Part shown: in pieces, positions 1 through 13,018 of the stretch | Layout of the letters: each line of letters opens with the position of its first letter | Numbering within the stretch: position 1 is the stretch's first letter | From: Pristiophorus japonicus | Lineage: Eukaryota | Direction of reading: 5' to 3' | Length of the DNA stretch: 64,000 nt | NCBI RefSeq assembly: GCF_044704955.1 | Contig: NC_091993.1 | Span: 117,118,001-117,182,000, forward strand | Notes under the pieces: generated by a model | The model's input: the letters and a program-made list of their open reading frames with translations, nothing else | Told to the model about the DNA's origin: nothing | The model's database searches: none | Translations under genes and position numbers: made by a program

Positions 1-217
1 AAAATTCCAACACCTCCACCTGTACCAGAACATATGAAATCTACCCTCTACCAAAAGTTCTTCGTTCACTGACGGATCGCACAAATTACAATATGCTAGT
101 CAAAAAAAAATGGTTTTGTTTGCTGAGCATTGCAATAGTCCCTCTTATCAGAACATTTAACACTTTATTTAAGTAAATAGGAACTGCTCATTAGGAAGAA
201 ATTAATGTGTAGCTTAC

Positions 218-541
218 ATTCAGAAACGTTCAGTTGTACTGGAACCATTTCGTCGTAGCCCATGATTGTAATGCCGCACCAGTAATGCCCCGCGTCCTCC
301 ATGGATAGTTCGGTTATGGTTACTGCAAACACCCCACTGGTCTGGTTGTCCATAGCAATGATCCTTTTGCCAACGGTTGCACGCTGTTTTTGAGTACGAG
401 CAATCACACTGCATGATTTTCTCTCCAACCCTTTGCACAAGTACTTCTCGTGGTGTTTGTAATATGATACACGATACTGACACTTTATGGTGACAGCTTC
501 TCCTAAGATCCCGTACACCTGTTTTGGCCCAGCTACTCCGG
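218..541 (-). CDS. Gene A exon 3, second V-set Ig domain; gene continues beyond the window
   Basis: 324 nt, CTGCAG| acceptor, T|GTAAGC donor, phase 1/1; VTIKC, KYLCKG..SC, DAGHYWCG. Confidence 0.92.
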
Positions 542-926
542 CTGCAGGTATAAGAGGACAATGTATAAGTGCTTAAGGTCATGCAGAGCACACACGGGCT
601 GTACAGAGTGAGAGCTAGCGCAGAATCGCAGTATTTTATGGCATTCGGCCCATCATGTCTGTGCTGGCTCTGTGAAAGAGCTGTCCACTTATTCCAATCC
701 CTTTGACTTTTAAAAGAGCAAAAAGTCCGTAGACTTTTAAAATATTATTTTTCAAGGATGGCCAGATCCTTCCTACTTTACCAGTCAAACTGATCCCTGA
801 AAGATCTTATGAAGTGACAGGGATAGATAATTCATTCATTTTTAGCCAAACAATTCACCTTGGTGGGCAATTTTGGGACAAATTCTATGTTCAACCTCAG
901 CTTTGAACACTAAAGCATCTTCTAGA

Positions 927-1228
927 GTTAAACCAAGGCCCCGTCTGTCTTCTCAGGTGGACGTAAAAGATCCTATTTCGAAGAAGAGCAGTGGAGTTAT
1001 CCCCGGTGTCCTAGGCAATATTTATCGCTCAATCAACATCACTAAAACAGATTATATGGTCATTATCACATTGCTGTTTGTGGGAGCTTGCTGTGCACAA
1101 ATTGGCTGCCGCGTTTCCTACATTACAATACTGACTATACTTAAAAAGTACTTCTTTGACTGTTAAGCACTTTGGGATGTCTGGTGGCCGTGAAAGTCGC
1201 TATATAAATGCAAGTCTTTCTTTCTTTT
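927..1228 (+). mobile_element. DeuSINE, 5'-truncated
   Basis: Matches 3885-4190. Confidence 0.85.
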
Positions 1229-1434
1229 CATTTAAGACTATTTTAATTTAATTCTTCTGCACTATCAGTCAAATGTACAGGTTATTTATTGTTCCTGAAT
1301 ATATAATTTAAGTCTAAGAATAATTTTTTAATCTCTGAGCAAGACCAAGAATGTTTAAACAGGTAACAGCCACAGGGAACAGTTTATTATTGGCATGCTT
1401 ATATTGTACTTGAAGTAAAATGGTGATTAATTAC

Positions 1435-1764
1435 TTAGCTTATCTTCAAGGACGTTCAATTTGACAGGAGCCATTTCATCCTTTCCCAGCATTGTTATCC
1501 CACACCAATACCACCCTGCATCTTCGAATGATAATTGTTTCATTGTCACAGAAAATATCCCACTGGTTTTGTTGTCCACAACGTTGAATCTTTCCTGCCA
1601 TCTTCTTTGAGTGCCAGCCATCACTGTGCAGGAATATCTCCGTGTTCCTTTACACCAGTATTTCTCGGAATTCCTGTTAAGTGGTGTGCTGTAGCGACAA
1701 TCGACAGTGACGGATCCTCCTAACTTTCCGTTCACCTCCTGTGGTCCCGATATTCCGTGGGAAC
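1435..1764 (-). CDS. Gene A exon 2, first V-set Ig domain (CD300/pIgR-like)
   Basis: CCAACAG| acceptor; GGSVTVDC, KYWCKG..SC, DAGWYWCG; expected donor reads ATAAG, in-phase GTAATT donor 9 nt further on (3' end less certain). Confidence 0.9.
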
Positions 1765-1805
1765 CTGTTGGAACAGAGAGCAGTGGGTTGTGTCCTGACC
1801 ATGTA

Positions 1806-2190
1806 TCCAAAGCTAATGGGGCTCGACAAGGTGGATGAAGAGAGGTTATTTCCACTCATAGGGGAAACTAAAACTAGGGGGCATAGTCTCAGAATAAGGG
1901 GCTTCCCATTTAAAACTGAGACGAGGAGGAATTTCTTCTCTCAGAGGGTTGTAAATCTGTGGAATTCTCTGCCCCAGAGAGCTGTGGAGGCTGGATCATT
2001 GAATATATTTAAGGTGGAGATAGACAGAATTTTGAGTGATAAGGGAATAGGGGTTATGGGGAGTGGGCAGGGAAGTGGAGCTGAGTCCATGATCGCATCA
2101 GCCATGATCTTATTAAATGGCGGAGCAGGCTCGAGGGACCAAATGGCCTACTCCTGCTCCTATTTATTATGATGTTATGCTCTTATAAGA
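1806..2190 (+). mobile_element. CR1 3' fragment
   Basis: TRGHSLRI..FFSQRVVNLWNSLP and CR1 3'UTR. Confidence 0.9.
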
Positions 2191-2499
2191 AAGCATGGAT
2201 AGGGAAAAAGGCCACTCAATCTAGCGAGCCCGTTCTTCCACTGACCATGTCTAATCTGGCCTATTGTAGACAACTGAATGATACCAAGAGCACTACTTAT
2301 CAAGTCCCTTCATGATCATAAAGCTACAGAGTGCAAATCATTCAAAAGGCCAGACTGAAATGTTAGTGACTGGTCATTTGTAACTGGTCACGTTCTCTAG
2401 ATGTCTGTATGAATTTGTGTTCTACTTGAGTGTTCCACACAAAAATCTTCCACCAATCTTATTACTATGGTTATGTTCAGTCAAAAGTCCTCCTCCCAG

Positions 2500-2930
2500 T
2501 CACATGAAAAATCAGAGGTTATACCTCTCAGGAAAGATTGAACAGGCTGGGGCTCTTTTCTCCAGAAAAAAGACTGAGGGTTGAGCTGATAGAGGTGTTC
2601 AAGATTATAAAAGAGTTTAATAGGATAGACATAGAGCAGATGTAGGCGAGACCAGCCCGAGGGGCCATATACGTAAGTTAGTCACTAATGAATCCAATCG
2701 GGAATTCAGGAGAAACCTAACTACCCAGAATGTAATTACCCAGAGATTGATCAGAATGTGGACCTCGCTACCACAGGGAGTGGTTGAGGCGAGTAGCGTC
2801 AATATGAAGAAGAAAGGATATGTTGATGGGGTTGGATGAAGAGGGGTGGGAGGAGTTCATGTGGAGCATAAATACTGACAAGGACCTGGTGGGTTGAATA
2901 GCCTGTAAATACTTTGTTAATAATTTGTAA
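2500..2930 (+). mobile_element. Degenerate CR1 3' fragment
   Basis: Similar to the 44990-45426 copy. Confidence 0.7.
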
Positions 2931-3734
2931 GTAAAAATATAAAATAATAAACACATGTTATTCAACCCAATAGCTATGTTGATTTTATTATCCTAAATAA
3001 TAAACATAAATTAAAAATTGATGATTCAGTGGAGCCGATTTTCATTCCGCTGCCTGGCGGGAATAGGGCAGTAGCATAATTAAAATGACAGCACAGCACT
3101 TACCGCCCGATCCCCGTCAACATCCAGGTCACCATCATTTTTCCAGGGGCCGTGAAATAGATGGCCCAGGTGCCTGCCACAAACACGGAAATTGGGATCC
3201 TATGCCATCTATAGGACCCTGATGCAGTTTTATGAGTACCAATGGGTGGCGTATGTGTCGCGTACCTCTGCGCATTGGTACTTGGTATCGAGTAGCCTAA
3301 CCAGCAGTCCTTAAAGGGCCGCTGCAGCCCACTCAAATAAAGTATTACAGGAAAGGGTCTTAAAATGATTTTTATCAGATGGGGAGTATCACTAAAACTC
3401 CTCCCAGTCCCATAAATATCAGCGCCCCACCCCCACTTTTGTCTGGCCTTCTGGAACCCTCCTCCCCCCTTTAAATTACCTGCATGAGGCTGGGCTCTGT
3501 AGTGGAGATGCCAGATCTCCCAACCCTTCTGATTGGCGAGCTGCTCCAAAAGCGCGAGCAGTCGCTGGAAATGGATCAGACCTTGGGCCACCTCCACCGG
3601 TTAGGTGGCAGGGCCAATCTGCCCGCCTCCCACCCACCTCCCACACACCCGAGGGAATCGGTCACTTGGCCATCTATCCCATTAAATGAGAACCTAAACT
3701 TAACAAAATTAAAAGTAAATCTTATAGCTCTTGC

Positions 3735-4190
3735 TGTGGCTTAGTGGGTAGCACACTAGCCTCTACGTCAGAAGGTTGTGGGTTCAAGGCCCACTCCAGA
3801 GATTTGAGCACATAAATCTAGGCTGACATTGCAGTGCTGAAGGAGTGCTGCACTGTTGGAGGTGCTGTCTTTTGGATGAGATGTTAAACCGAGGCTCCGT
3901 CTGTTCTCTCAGGTGGATGCAAAAGATCCCGTGACATTATTTCAAAGAAGAGCAGGGGGAGTTATCCCCGGTGTCCTGGCCAATATTTATCCCTCAATCA
4001 ACATAACAAAACAACAGATTATCTGGTCATTATCATATTGCTGTTTGTGGGAGCTTGCTATGCGCAAATTGTCTGCTGCGTTTCCCACAATACAAGAGTG
4101 ACGACACTTCAAAAGTGCTTCATTGGCTGTATAGCGCTTTGAGACGTCCGGTGGTCGTGAAAGACACTCTATAAATGCAAGTCATTTTCT
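3735..4190 (+). mobile_element. Full-length tRNA-derived DeuSINE (SacSINE1/AmnSINE-like)
   Basis: A-box TGGCTTAGTGG, B-box GGTTCAAGGCCC, conserved body repeated >10 times in the window, L2-like tail CTATAAATGCAAGT. Confidence 0.85.
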
Positions 4191-4480
4191 TACATATCAT
4201 TCCTCGATTTAACAGTGGTAATGTCCTGAGTATGGTTTGTGGGGCATTGGGGCGGGGTTGCAAGAAATTGGGTGAATAATATGGGGTAAAATGACTAAAC
4301 ATTTGGAGAAACAAGAGTTCACCAGAAACAAAAAAAGAAAGAAGATGCTGGAAGCACTGAGCAGGTCAGTCAGCATCTGTGGAGTGAAACAGGCAAGTTA
4401 ATGTTTTGTGTGAAACTTCATAACTGCAAAATAAAAGTTGGACAGGTGTGTTAATACAATCAGAAAAAGGAAAGGGGGAA

Positions 4481-4530
4481 TGTATATATATATATACACA
4501 CATATATAGATACATATATATTATATATGT
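4481..4530. repeat. Imperfect (TA)n microsatellite
   Basis: Seen directly. Confidence 0.8.
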
Positions 4531-5109
4531 AAAATAAATAAAAAGCAGGCAAACCCAGAGAGGAATATGAGTAGAATAATGTAACAGATCAATCTCATTC
4601 AAGCAATGGATAGAAGCATTAAAGAAGCAAAAGGTGGGTGAATAGCAAAGAAAGTGGGAGGCCTGGGGAAGTCCCAGATGTGGGCGTGTGGCAGGAAGTG
4701 ATTGGGCAGGTGTTCCATCTCCTGCGGTTTCACAGGAAGCCAGCTGGCAGTAAGCCTCCCACTTTGCTGTTCACCACCCCGATTGCTTCCTTAATGCCTT
4801 AAATCTTCCATCCATTATTTGACGATGATCCTCTACATCATTGCACTCAAGATGCCTCTGTTTGTTCGTTATGTACAATTTCCGCCCTCCTTTTTATCAT
4901 TGCATCGATATATGCTTGCCTGCCTCTCTGAAGCAGGGTCCGCACCTGAAAGGTTACGGGCCAGAATTTGATGGGAAAGAAGCGATGAGTTTAATGCACA
5001 GGCTGTTAATAGTGCGGACTCATTGATCATACGTTCAAGAGCTGACCTTCCAAGATTCCACACTCCTTAATCTTCTCAAAGTACCAGACGGGAGGTTACA
5101 AGAGAAAAT

Positions 5110-6880
5110 GAAAGTGTAACTAGTGGCAGGGTAGCAAACTGGATTAAGCATTGGTTAGCGGAGAAAAACATAGTCGGAGTTAAGGGAAATTTTTCAGTGG
5201 CTGGTGATGGATAGTGTGCAGCTTTCAGGATAGTGTTCTGGGACCACTTTGGCTCACTGTGTATATCAATCGTTTGGATGTAGGTCTAGAGGGAATGGCG
5301 TTGATATTTACAGATGATACCAAAATAGGAGGAATAGTTAATTGACTCGAAGATGGGGCATGGGCTAATAAGTGGCAGATAGAATTCATTGTGAATATGA
5401 CATGCATTTTGATAAGAGAAACTTCACTAATTATACTCTGAATGGAAATAGGTTCAGCACTGTAGAGGAACAGAGGGATTTGGTTCACTTGACATTAAAA
5501 GCACCACCTTAGGTTGCAAAGGCTGTAAAAAAACGAATGGAATTCTAGGATTTATCACAAGAGGTATAGAATATAAAAGCCAGGAGGTAATGTTGAGCTT
5601 ATATAAAACCTTAAGGCCCCAGTCAGAGTACAGTGCAGTGTTGGGCTCCACGCTATAGGATAGACATTGAGGTTTGAGAGAGGGTACAGTGCAGATGCCT
5701 GGTGTGAGGAAATACAAATACAAAAATGACTTGAAAAACTGCGACATTTTTCAATAGAACAACGCAGATTATGGAGTAACTGTTTAAAGAAAGAAATATT
5801 TGCATTTATATTGCGCATTTATCATGATCTCAGAACGTCCCAAAGCACTTTACAGCCAATGAAGTACTTTTGAAGTGTAGTCATTGTTGTAATGTGGGAA
5901 ATGCGGCAGCCAACTTGCACACATCAAGCTCCCACAAACAGCAACGTGATAACAACCAGATAATCTTTTTTTGTGATGTTAATTGAGGGATGAATATTGG
6001 TGAGGACACCAGAGATAACTCCCCTGCCCTTCTTCAAAATAGCATCCTGGGATCTTGTATGTCCACGTGAGAGAGCAGACGGGATCTCGATTTAATGTCT
6101 CATCCAAAAGACGGTACCTCCGATAGTGCAGCACTCCCTCAGTACGGGCCAGTCCACACTGCGATATGTGTGCGCACTAGGTCCGTGCAGCAGAGCAGGT
6201 CTCCAGTCGTCTTGGATAACTCTTGCCACTGGACCAAGGCCTAGCTCTGTCAAGCCCGTGTGGTGGCTGATGTGCAACGGCCACCCCACGTTAAAAAAAT
6301 CCACACACAGGCATCTTCCACCTTTCAGGATGTAGTTCGGGACCTGGAATATTAGGTCCTTCATTGAAACACCTGTGAACTCATCCTTTTTTGGTGTGGA
6401 TACAAGTCATCCTCGTTTCGAGGGACCACCTATGATGATGATGACTGAGAATTTTTGTGCTTGAGTCTCTGGAGTGGGGCTTGAACCTTCTGACCTTCTG
6501 ACTCCGAGTCGAAAGTGCAACCAACTGAGGCACGGCTGATGAAAGAATGGGACAGGGCCGATAGAAGAAGGCTGTTTCCAGTAGTTGAGGGGTCAAGAAG
6601 GAGCAGCCATATTTACAAGATCGCATGTAAGATTTAGAACAGAAGAGAGAAGAAACTTATTCACACAGAGAATTGCCAGGCTGTGGAATTTACTTCCAGG
6701 CTCTGTGGCTCAGGCAGGAAATGTCAACATTCAAGATTAGATTAGATAGGTGGGTGAAGAGAAAGAGATGAAAGAGATATGGGGACAGGGCGAGTAAATG
6801 TGATTGGAACTATCACATTTGGCAAACACTGGCAGAGATTGGTTGGGCCAAATGGCCTTTTATAACCACTGCGTATTTCT
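5110..6880 (+). mobile_element. Old CR1 RT fragment interrupted by a minus-strand DeuSINE (5790-6540), itself interrupted by an RTE-tailed element (6146-6442)
   Basis: FTDDTK-like remnant; SINE body resumes after the insertion; ATG-repeat tail at ~6432-6443. Confidence 0.75.
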
Positions 6881-7711
6881 CTGTCCGTGAGTTAGCCTTT
6901 GAGAACATCTACGTGCTTGCAATAATCCAGTTCCAGCAGAAAATCCACCCTCTTGTTTTTTAGTCCGAACACTCAGATTCATGTTAAAATATTACTGGCA
7001 GGTCCATTCTTGAACCTTTCCACAATGACCTAAAGTAACCACTTTTATATAATCTGATAAGAAAAGCGATAAAATCCAGAGCTTATTTTTGTTGCAAAGT
7101 GCCGTCGAACAAAGTTAGTAATAACTTACAGCAATTTACGTGCGCGCTGTACACGAAAGGTGATTTTGCAAATGACCTATCTGAAGTGTTTTTGCTGCTG
7201 ACTCATAGGGTCAGGACTGAATTCCAGGCAGACCATCTCGCGACCGTTGAATCAGGACTTTAAATGGGTCACCAATGTCATTGACATATCATCGAATTCC
7301 ATCTGATTGTAAGAGTAACCAACAGTCCAGATCTGTCCCCTTGTCAAAGGTTGGTTGCCATGGCTGTTCTTTTCAGTAAGTTACAGATTTGACTAATCTC
7401 GGCTTGTGCCACAGAACATTAGATTGTGAATCGAACATGCATTTCTTTAGTGCGATGGTTTGAGCTCATAGCAAAAGTATTACCTACAGGCCACCGACCA
7501 TGACTTGCTTTTAAATATTGAACCATAATGGCCTTAGCCCAGAATATTCCTTAAAACTAACATCTCTCTACATATACTTTAATCAGCAATTTTGGGGACA
7601 AAACTGTTTATTTTCAGCTGCTTTCTCAATCACAGCTACTGGTTCTATATTCTTTCTGGCCACAGTTGGAGACCTGATGTTAGAATGACTAACCTGTGCA
7701 ACCAACTTCAC

Positions 7712-7878
7712 CTCCCCCACCTCCCCACCCCCCAACACCACCTCCCCACCCCCCAACACCACCTCCCCACCCCCCAACACCACCTCCCCACCCCCCAACA
7801 CCACCTCCCCACCCCCCAACACCACCTCCCCACCCCCCAACACCACCTCCCCACCCCCCAACACCACCTCCCCACCCC
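7712..7878. repeat. 21-bp C-rich minisatellite (CACCACCTCCCCACCCCCCAA) x ~7.5
   Basis: Exact tandem units. Confidence 0.95.
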
Positions 7879-7984
7879 GCCGCCCCACCAGATGCTCAGT
7901 GTGATAGATGGTGTCTTTCTCAGCCTTGAAGCTATTTTTCCAGACTTAAATATTTTACATGTAACAGACGAATATTTGAAAGAA

Positions 7985-8270
7985 AAACTTGCATTTATAT
8001 AGCGCCTTTTGGATATCCTGAAGCGCTTTACAGCCAATGAAGTACTTTTTGAAGTGTGATCACTGTTGTAATGTAGGAAATGCAGCAGCCAATTTGCGCT
8101 CAGCGAGCTCCCACAAACAGCACTGACCAGACAATATGTGTTTTGTTATGTTGATTGAGGGATAAATAGTGACCAGGTCACTAGGGAGAACTCCCCTGCT
8201 CTTCGTCGAAATAGTGCCATGGGATCTTTTGCGTCCCCCCGAGAGAGCAGACTGGGCCTCGGTTTTAGGT
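7985..8270 (-). mobile_element. DeuSINE, 5'-truncated
   Basis: Reverse complement of the SINE body. Confidence 0.85.
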
Positions 8271-8949
8271 CTCTGCATTTTACAGCTTATGCCATAAGTG
8301 AGCAAAGCTTTATAAGTTATGAGTGACACAATTGAATTATGAAGGTTTTATTCAAGCAAGTACTAAGTTGCCTATTCCATTTTGCCTTCTGTTGTTGGAA
8401 TTAATGCTGAGATAATTATGTTTCTTGTTATTTTCAATTCATTTTTAAGTTTTACTCTAGTTTACTATTAGCAAGGAATATACTATAATATGAGCCATGT
8501 GAGGTGCTTCACATACCTCTTTTGGCACAACTAGCCCCGATCTTAAAAATGACCTTACCATCGGTGAATGTACTATTATGTGAATATATGAACAATGACT
8601 GACAGGGAAAGACCCTCTTGTCCCACATAATTGAGACACTTTGTATATCACAATATATACATACTGCACCCAACCCAAAACCACGAAAAAACAAATAAAA
8701 ACACAGGCTAATTTTGGGGAAGAAAATCTGAGAAATTCATCTCCGAACCCCCTAGCTGATCAAACCTAAACCAGAAGACCATTCTGTGTAGCACCTACCC
8801 TTTTGTACAGGGTGATCTCCGCAGTATGCAAAAACAGGTCCGGCTTAAAGGAATTCAACGAATCGGCATCCACCGCACGTGAAGTATTCAATTTACAGGG
8901 CCTCTTCATCTTAGAATTGGAATTCTTTCACAAGTTAGTCATAAGAAGT

Positions 8950-9190
8950 GTGGATAGAATCTACCTCGCGCAGAGCTGGAGTTGTGCTGAGATGGTGGCG
9001 GGTAGCATGCTGCGGGATGGAGTCGAGGACACTCGTGTCAAAGGCAGAGTCTCGGTTAAGGAGGTCCTCGAAGTGCTGCACCGGGATTTCCAATGGGTCC
9101 TGACTGCCTCGGTGTCCTTCATGAGTGTCTCCCCATTCTTGGCCAGCAGTGGGGTGGGCCTTGGGTGCTTGGGCCGCAGATGGGCTTGAC
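8950..9190 (-). mobile_element. RTE-clade LINE ORF2 internal fragment
   Basis: HFEDLLNRDS..VLDSIPQ..PALREV resembles the RTE linker region. Confidence 0.65.
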
Positions 9191-9359
9191 TGTGGTGAAG
9201 AATCCTTGCACATCATGGCTGTCGGCCAGCTGCTGAAACTCCTGTGCTTTCTCCACCCATCATCTATTCTTTAGGTCGCGGGTTTTTTGTTGGACCTCAG
9301 CCTTCAGCCGTCTGCTTCATGGCTTTATAACTCCTGACTTCGTCACAGCCTTGATCTAG

Positions 9360-10500
9360 ACATCGATGCAAGGACTGAATACTGGAGAGCTGTTTGTGGC
9401 ATTAGGGCAGCATTCAACCAATATAGTACCAAGGACTCCTCCCAAAACTGAGGGCCAAAAGGAAAATCCTCCTGTGGCCGGAGTCATACCTGACAAAGGA
9501 AGGTGGTTGTGATAGTGGAAGGCCAATTATCATAGAACTTGCTACAATATTGTTGCTGCCATTCCTCAGGGCAACGTCCTAGGCCCAACCATCCTCAGAT
9601 GCTTCATCAATAGTCTCTCTGTCATAAAGTCAAAGGTGCGTCTATTTGCTGATGATTGTACAGAGGGCAGCTATATTCATAACTCCTTTGACAATGTCTA
9701 AAGCAGGAGCTAGACAGCATCCAGGCTTGGGTTGATGACTAGCAAGTAACATTTGCACCAAATGAGGACCATCTCCAACAAGAAAAGGCCCAATGACCTC
9801 TCCCTGACAACAGCAAAACCAAGTCGTCAACATCCACACCGTGGGGCACCATTGACTAGAAAGGAACTAAACTAGCCATATCGACACAGTGGCCACTAGT
9901 GCAGTGCAGAGGTTGGGTATTCTGCAATGAGTGGCCCCCTCCTGACTTCCTCAAGACCTCTCCATTAGTTACAAGGCTCCAGTCAGGGGTAGGATGGAAA
10001 ACTTAGCCATTGCTAGGAAAGGTGCAGCTCCAACAATACTATAGGATCTCAACACCTTTCAGAATAAACCAGTCTGTTTGCTTAGCGCTGCTATAATGGA
10101 GTTCAATAGCCATCCATTCCACCACCATGGCACTGTGGTTGCAGCACGTACTATTTATAGTATGCACTGTAACCACTCAGCAAGGTTTGTTCAACAGCAC
10201 CTCTCGGCCCCTTAACTTCTACCTCTGAGAACAACAAGGACAGCGAATAAATGGAAACGCCATCACCTGCAAGGAACCCTCCAAGTCACACGCCACCCTG
10301 ACTTTGACATATAACTGCCATTCCTTCATCGGTGCTGGCTCAATATCCTGGAATTCCCTTCCTGGCACCATTGTGGGAGCACCATCACCACAAGGGCTGC
10401 AAGTGCTCACGGAGAAATACCAGCACAACGTTCTCAGGCCAACTACGGATGGGCAATAAATCCAAAATTGGCAACATTGCCAACATCCCGAAACAAACAA
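9360..10500 (+). mobile_element. Old CR1/L2-superclade LINE (RT to 3' end)
   Basis: Decayed PQG-VLGP-IF-FIN and FADD; tail GGGCAATAAA...CACATCC also at ~10870, 33240 and 54490. Confidence 0.7.
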
Positions 10501-11220
10501 TGAAAGAAAATCTAGCAAATTCATCGTCGGAAAGAAGCTCAGATCTTGCCACTGCAGTCTCCTGCGGTAAGTGTGGTCCTACTTTAGCTATAACGCAGCT
10601 ATAGTTTATGGTGGGAATTGGGTAGTAGTCGTTTCTGTTCCTGTGTTATCAGCGCTATATAAATACAAGTTGTTGTTGTTATCAAATCATGCAAGAAATT
10701 TCCAATCACAAAATTGTTTTTTAATTGCTTAATGTACTAGGAAAAGAGCAATAATCTATTGACATCACATAACCTTCAGTTTAATTTATTAGTTCAGTGT
10801 AATTATCATGGACTGCTGCGGTTCAAGAAGGCGGCTCACCACCACCTTCTCAAGGGCAACTAGGGACAGGCAATAAATGCCGGACTTGCCAGCGATGCCC
10901 ACATCCTGTCACTGAATTAAAAAATCCACTGAACTAATTAATTCAGCAGGGCTGAAAATCTGCAGATCCACTCCACCACTCTAATAATAGCCACTCGGGT
11001 ACGCGTTTGACCCCGTTGGAATAACAAGGATCAGGCAATTTACATAGTGAATGGGTGCCACGCCCCAGTATTGGTGCAGCTGGGCACCCACTGGAGAGAG
11101 GGGTGGACATTGTCGAGTTGTCAGCGAACCGCTGAGGTGGATTACTGGCAGGCCCAGTGGAAGAAAGAATAAAGATTGGCCCCTATTCCACAAAGGTCTT
11201 TTTCCCTTGCAGTCTCTGAT

Positions 11221-11500
11221 CATAAGAAATAGGAGTAGGAGTAGGCCATTTGGCCCCTCGAGCCTGCTCCGCCATTTAATAAGATCATAGCTGATCTGAT
11301 CGTGGGCTCAGCTCCACTTCCCTGCCCACTCCCCATAACCCTTTACTCCCTTATCGCTCAAAAATCTGTCCATCTCCACCTTAAACATATTCAATGATCC
11401 AGCCTCCACAGTTCCATAGATTTACAACACTCGGAGAGAAGAAATTCTTCCCCATCTCAGTTCTAAATGGGCGACCCCTTATTCTTAAACTATGCCCCCT
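11221..11500 (-). mobile_element. CR1 3' fragment
   Basis: RGHSLRIRGRPFRTEM and CR1 3'UTR. Confidence 0.85.
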
Positions 11501-11759
11501 GTCGGGGTTGCTCTGAGAAAACCGTGTCTTTACCAAGCTGATGGTCCCCATGCCCACCTTCCAGAAAGCATTGTGCATCAACCAATACATTGGGAGTGCC
11601 AAAGCGGGTGAAGTTATCTTGCCAGGCAGGCACTGGAACTGCCCTACTCCCAGCCTCTCCCCACAAACTAGAACACCGCTCTAATGAGGCAAAAACCAGA
11701 GTAACAAGAGCCTCCTCCTTCAGCAGCCCCAGCAGAGCTGAATACCCTGAAAATGTCGT

Positions 11760-12354
11760 GGGGGAGAAGTTTGGGTGGATAGCGCCCCCTTGCGAGGGTC
11801 GGAACAGAGGCGCTAAAGGGTTGGGGAGCCGCGAGCGCCGGCATTCGCGTCGCTTGGCAAATTCCGTGTGCCGGTACTGGCGGCGCTGAGGAGTATCGCC
11901 CGGGAGCATCGCGCCGGATGGAAAATTTGGTTTGCGCTGCACCCGTAGCGCCCCCTAGTGACCGCGCTAGAGGAAGCTCGCGTGCAGAGCTGTCCTGGGG
12001 CACTACGGGAAGGAATGACTGCATGAGGTAAGTGTGACTGATATTTGTTTTTTGCAATTTAACTCTATTTGGGGTGAGTAATGTATCAGGTCTTTTTTGG
12101 GTTTTTTTTTCTGATGCGTTTTTTTGCAGGGAGGCCTCTCTTAGGGTGCTACGTAGCCGGCTCTTTAGTACAGGATATTCAGTTGCTCACCCGGCCTAGC
12201 GCCCTAAGAGAGGTGTGGAACGTTTCCCTTAGCGCTCTGCTCCACTCTCAGGGAGCAACCACTGAATTTTGTGGCTGCCGTCGCTAACCATTTTCAGCCG
12301 CTAAATTTAGCAACCGCCCGACATTAAAAAATCTTCACCCGAATTTCCAGCCCC
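11760..12354. mobile_element. CpG-rich non-autonomous element (probably Harbinger-group MITE)
   Basis: GGGG..TTT / AATTT..CCCC ends; internal homology to 13476-14103. Confidence 0.6.
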
Positions 12355-13018
12355 ATCAACAGTACATCTAATGAGTAGAAAAACCACCACAGAATCAGAC
12401 TAAAATCTAAAAGCTGGCAGGGTCTTGGAGGGCAGAGAGTATAAAAGTGACATGGAAAGATTAATGTTTAGCACTAGCATACTTAATGAACTCTCACAAC
12501 AACCTCGTCACTTCAATGTGTCATAGAAATATTATATGTGACATGATGAATGAAACTGACAGAAATGAATCTTTGATTTTCAGCAGGCAATTGCTTAGTG
12601 CATTCATATAATCCATTAATGCTAGCCGGGTAAAGTAACGGGACTGTCATAACTTCTTAATCATTAATATTCTAAATTTGCTGTCATTTCTATGCTAATA
12701 CTTTGTTAACATGCATAATATTATCTGAATCTACTGAATATAAAAACACATCTTCCTGCATTCTGGAAATCGGACTTTATTTAAAAAGTTAACCTTTATG
12801 GGCACAACCATAGATCCCTATGGACAAATAAAACATTGCATGGTCCGTCAAATACAAGATGTAGTTTTTAACAGTAAAACTCCTTGTCTTTGCAAGCACC
12901 CAAGGAGAAAGGTCACAAAGTAATTTGTCAAACCTGGACTCCGATAGGTGAAACTCTGCCATAACCAGAGGTGTAAGCCTAGCTTGTTATAAAAGTTCTA
13001 TTCTATTTTCTTCCTTAC

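Noticed and set aside
3735-3800. tRNA-like A/B boxes here and at 14340, 16772, 34700, 54170
   Set aside because: Heads of tRNA-derived SINEs; no complete cloverleaf and they continue into SINE bodies
7583-8037. Pro/His/Gly-rich repetitive ORFs
   Set aside because: Produced by the stop-free 21-bp minisatellite in several frames
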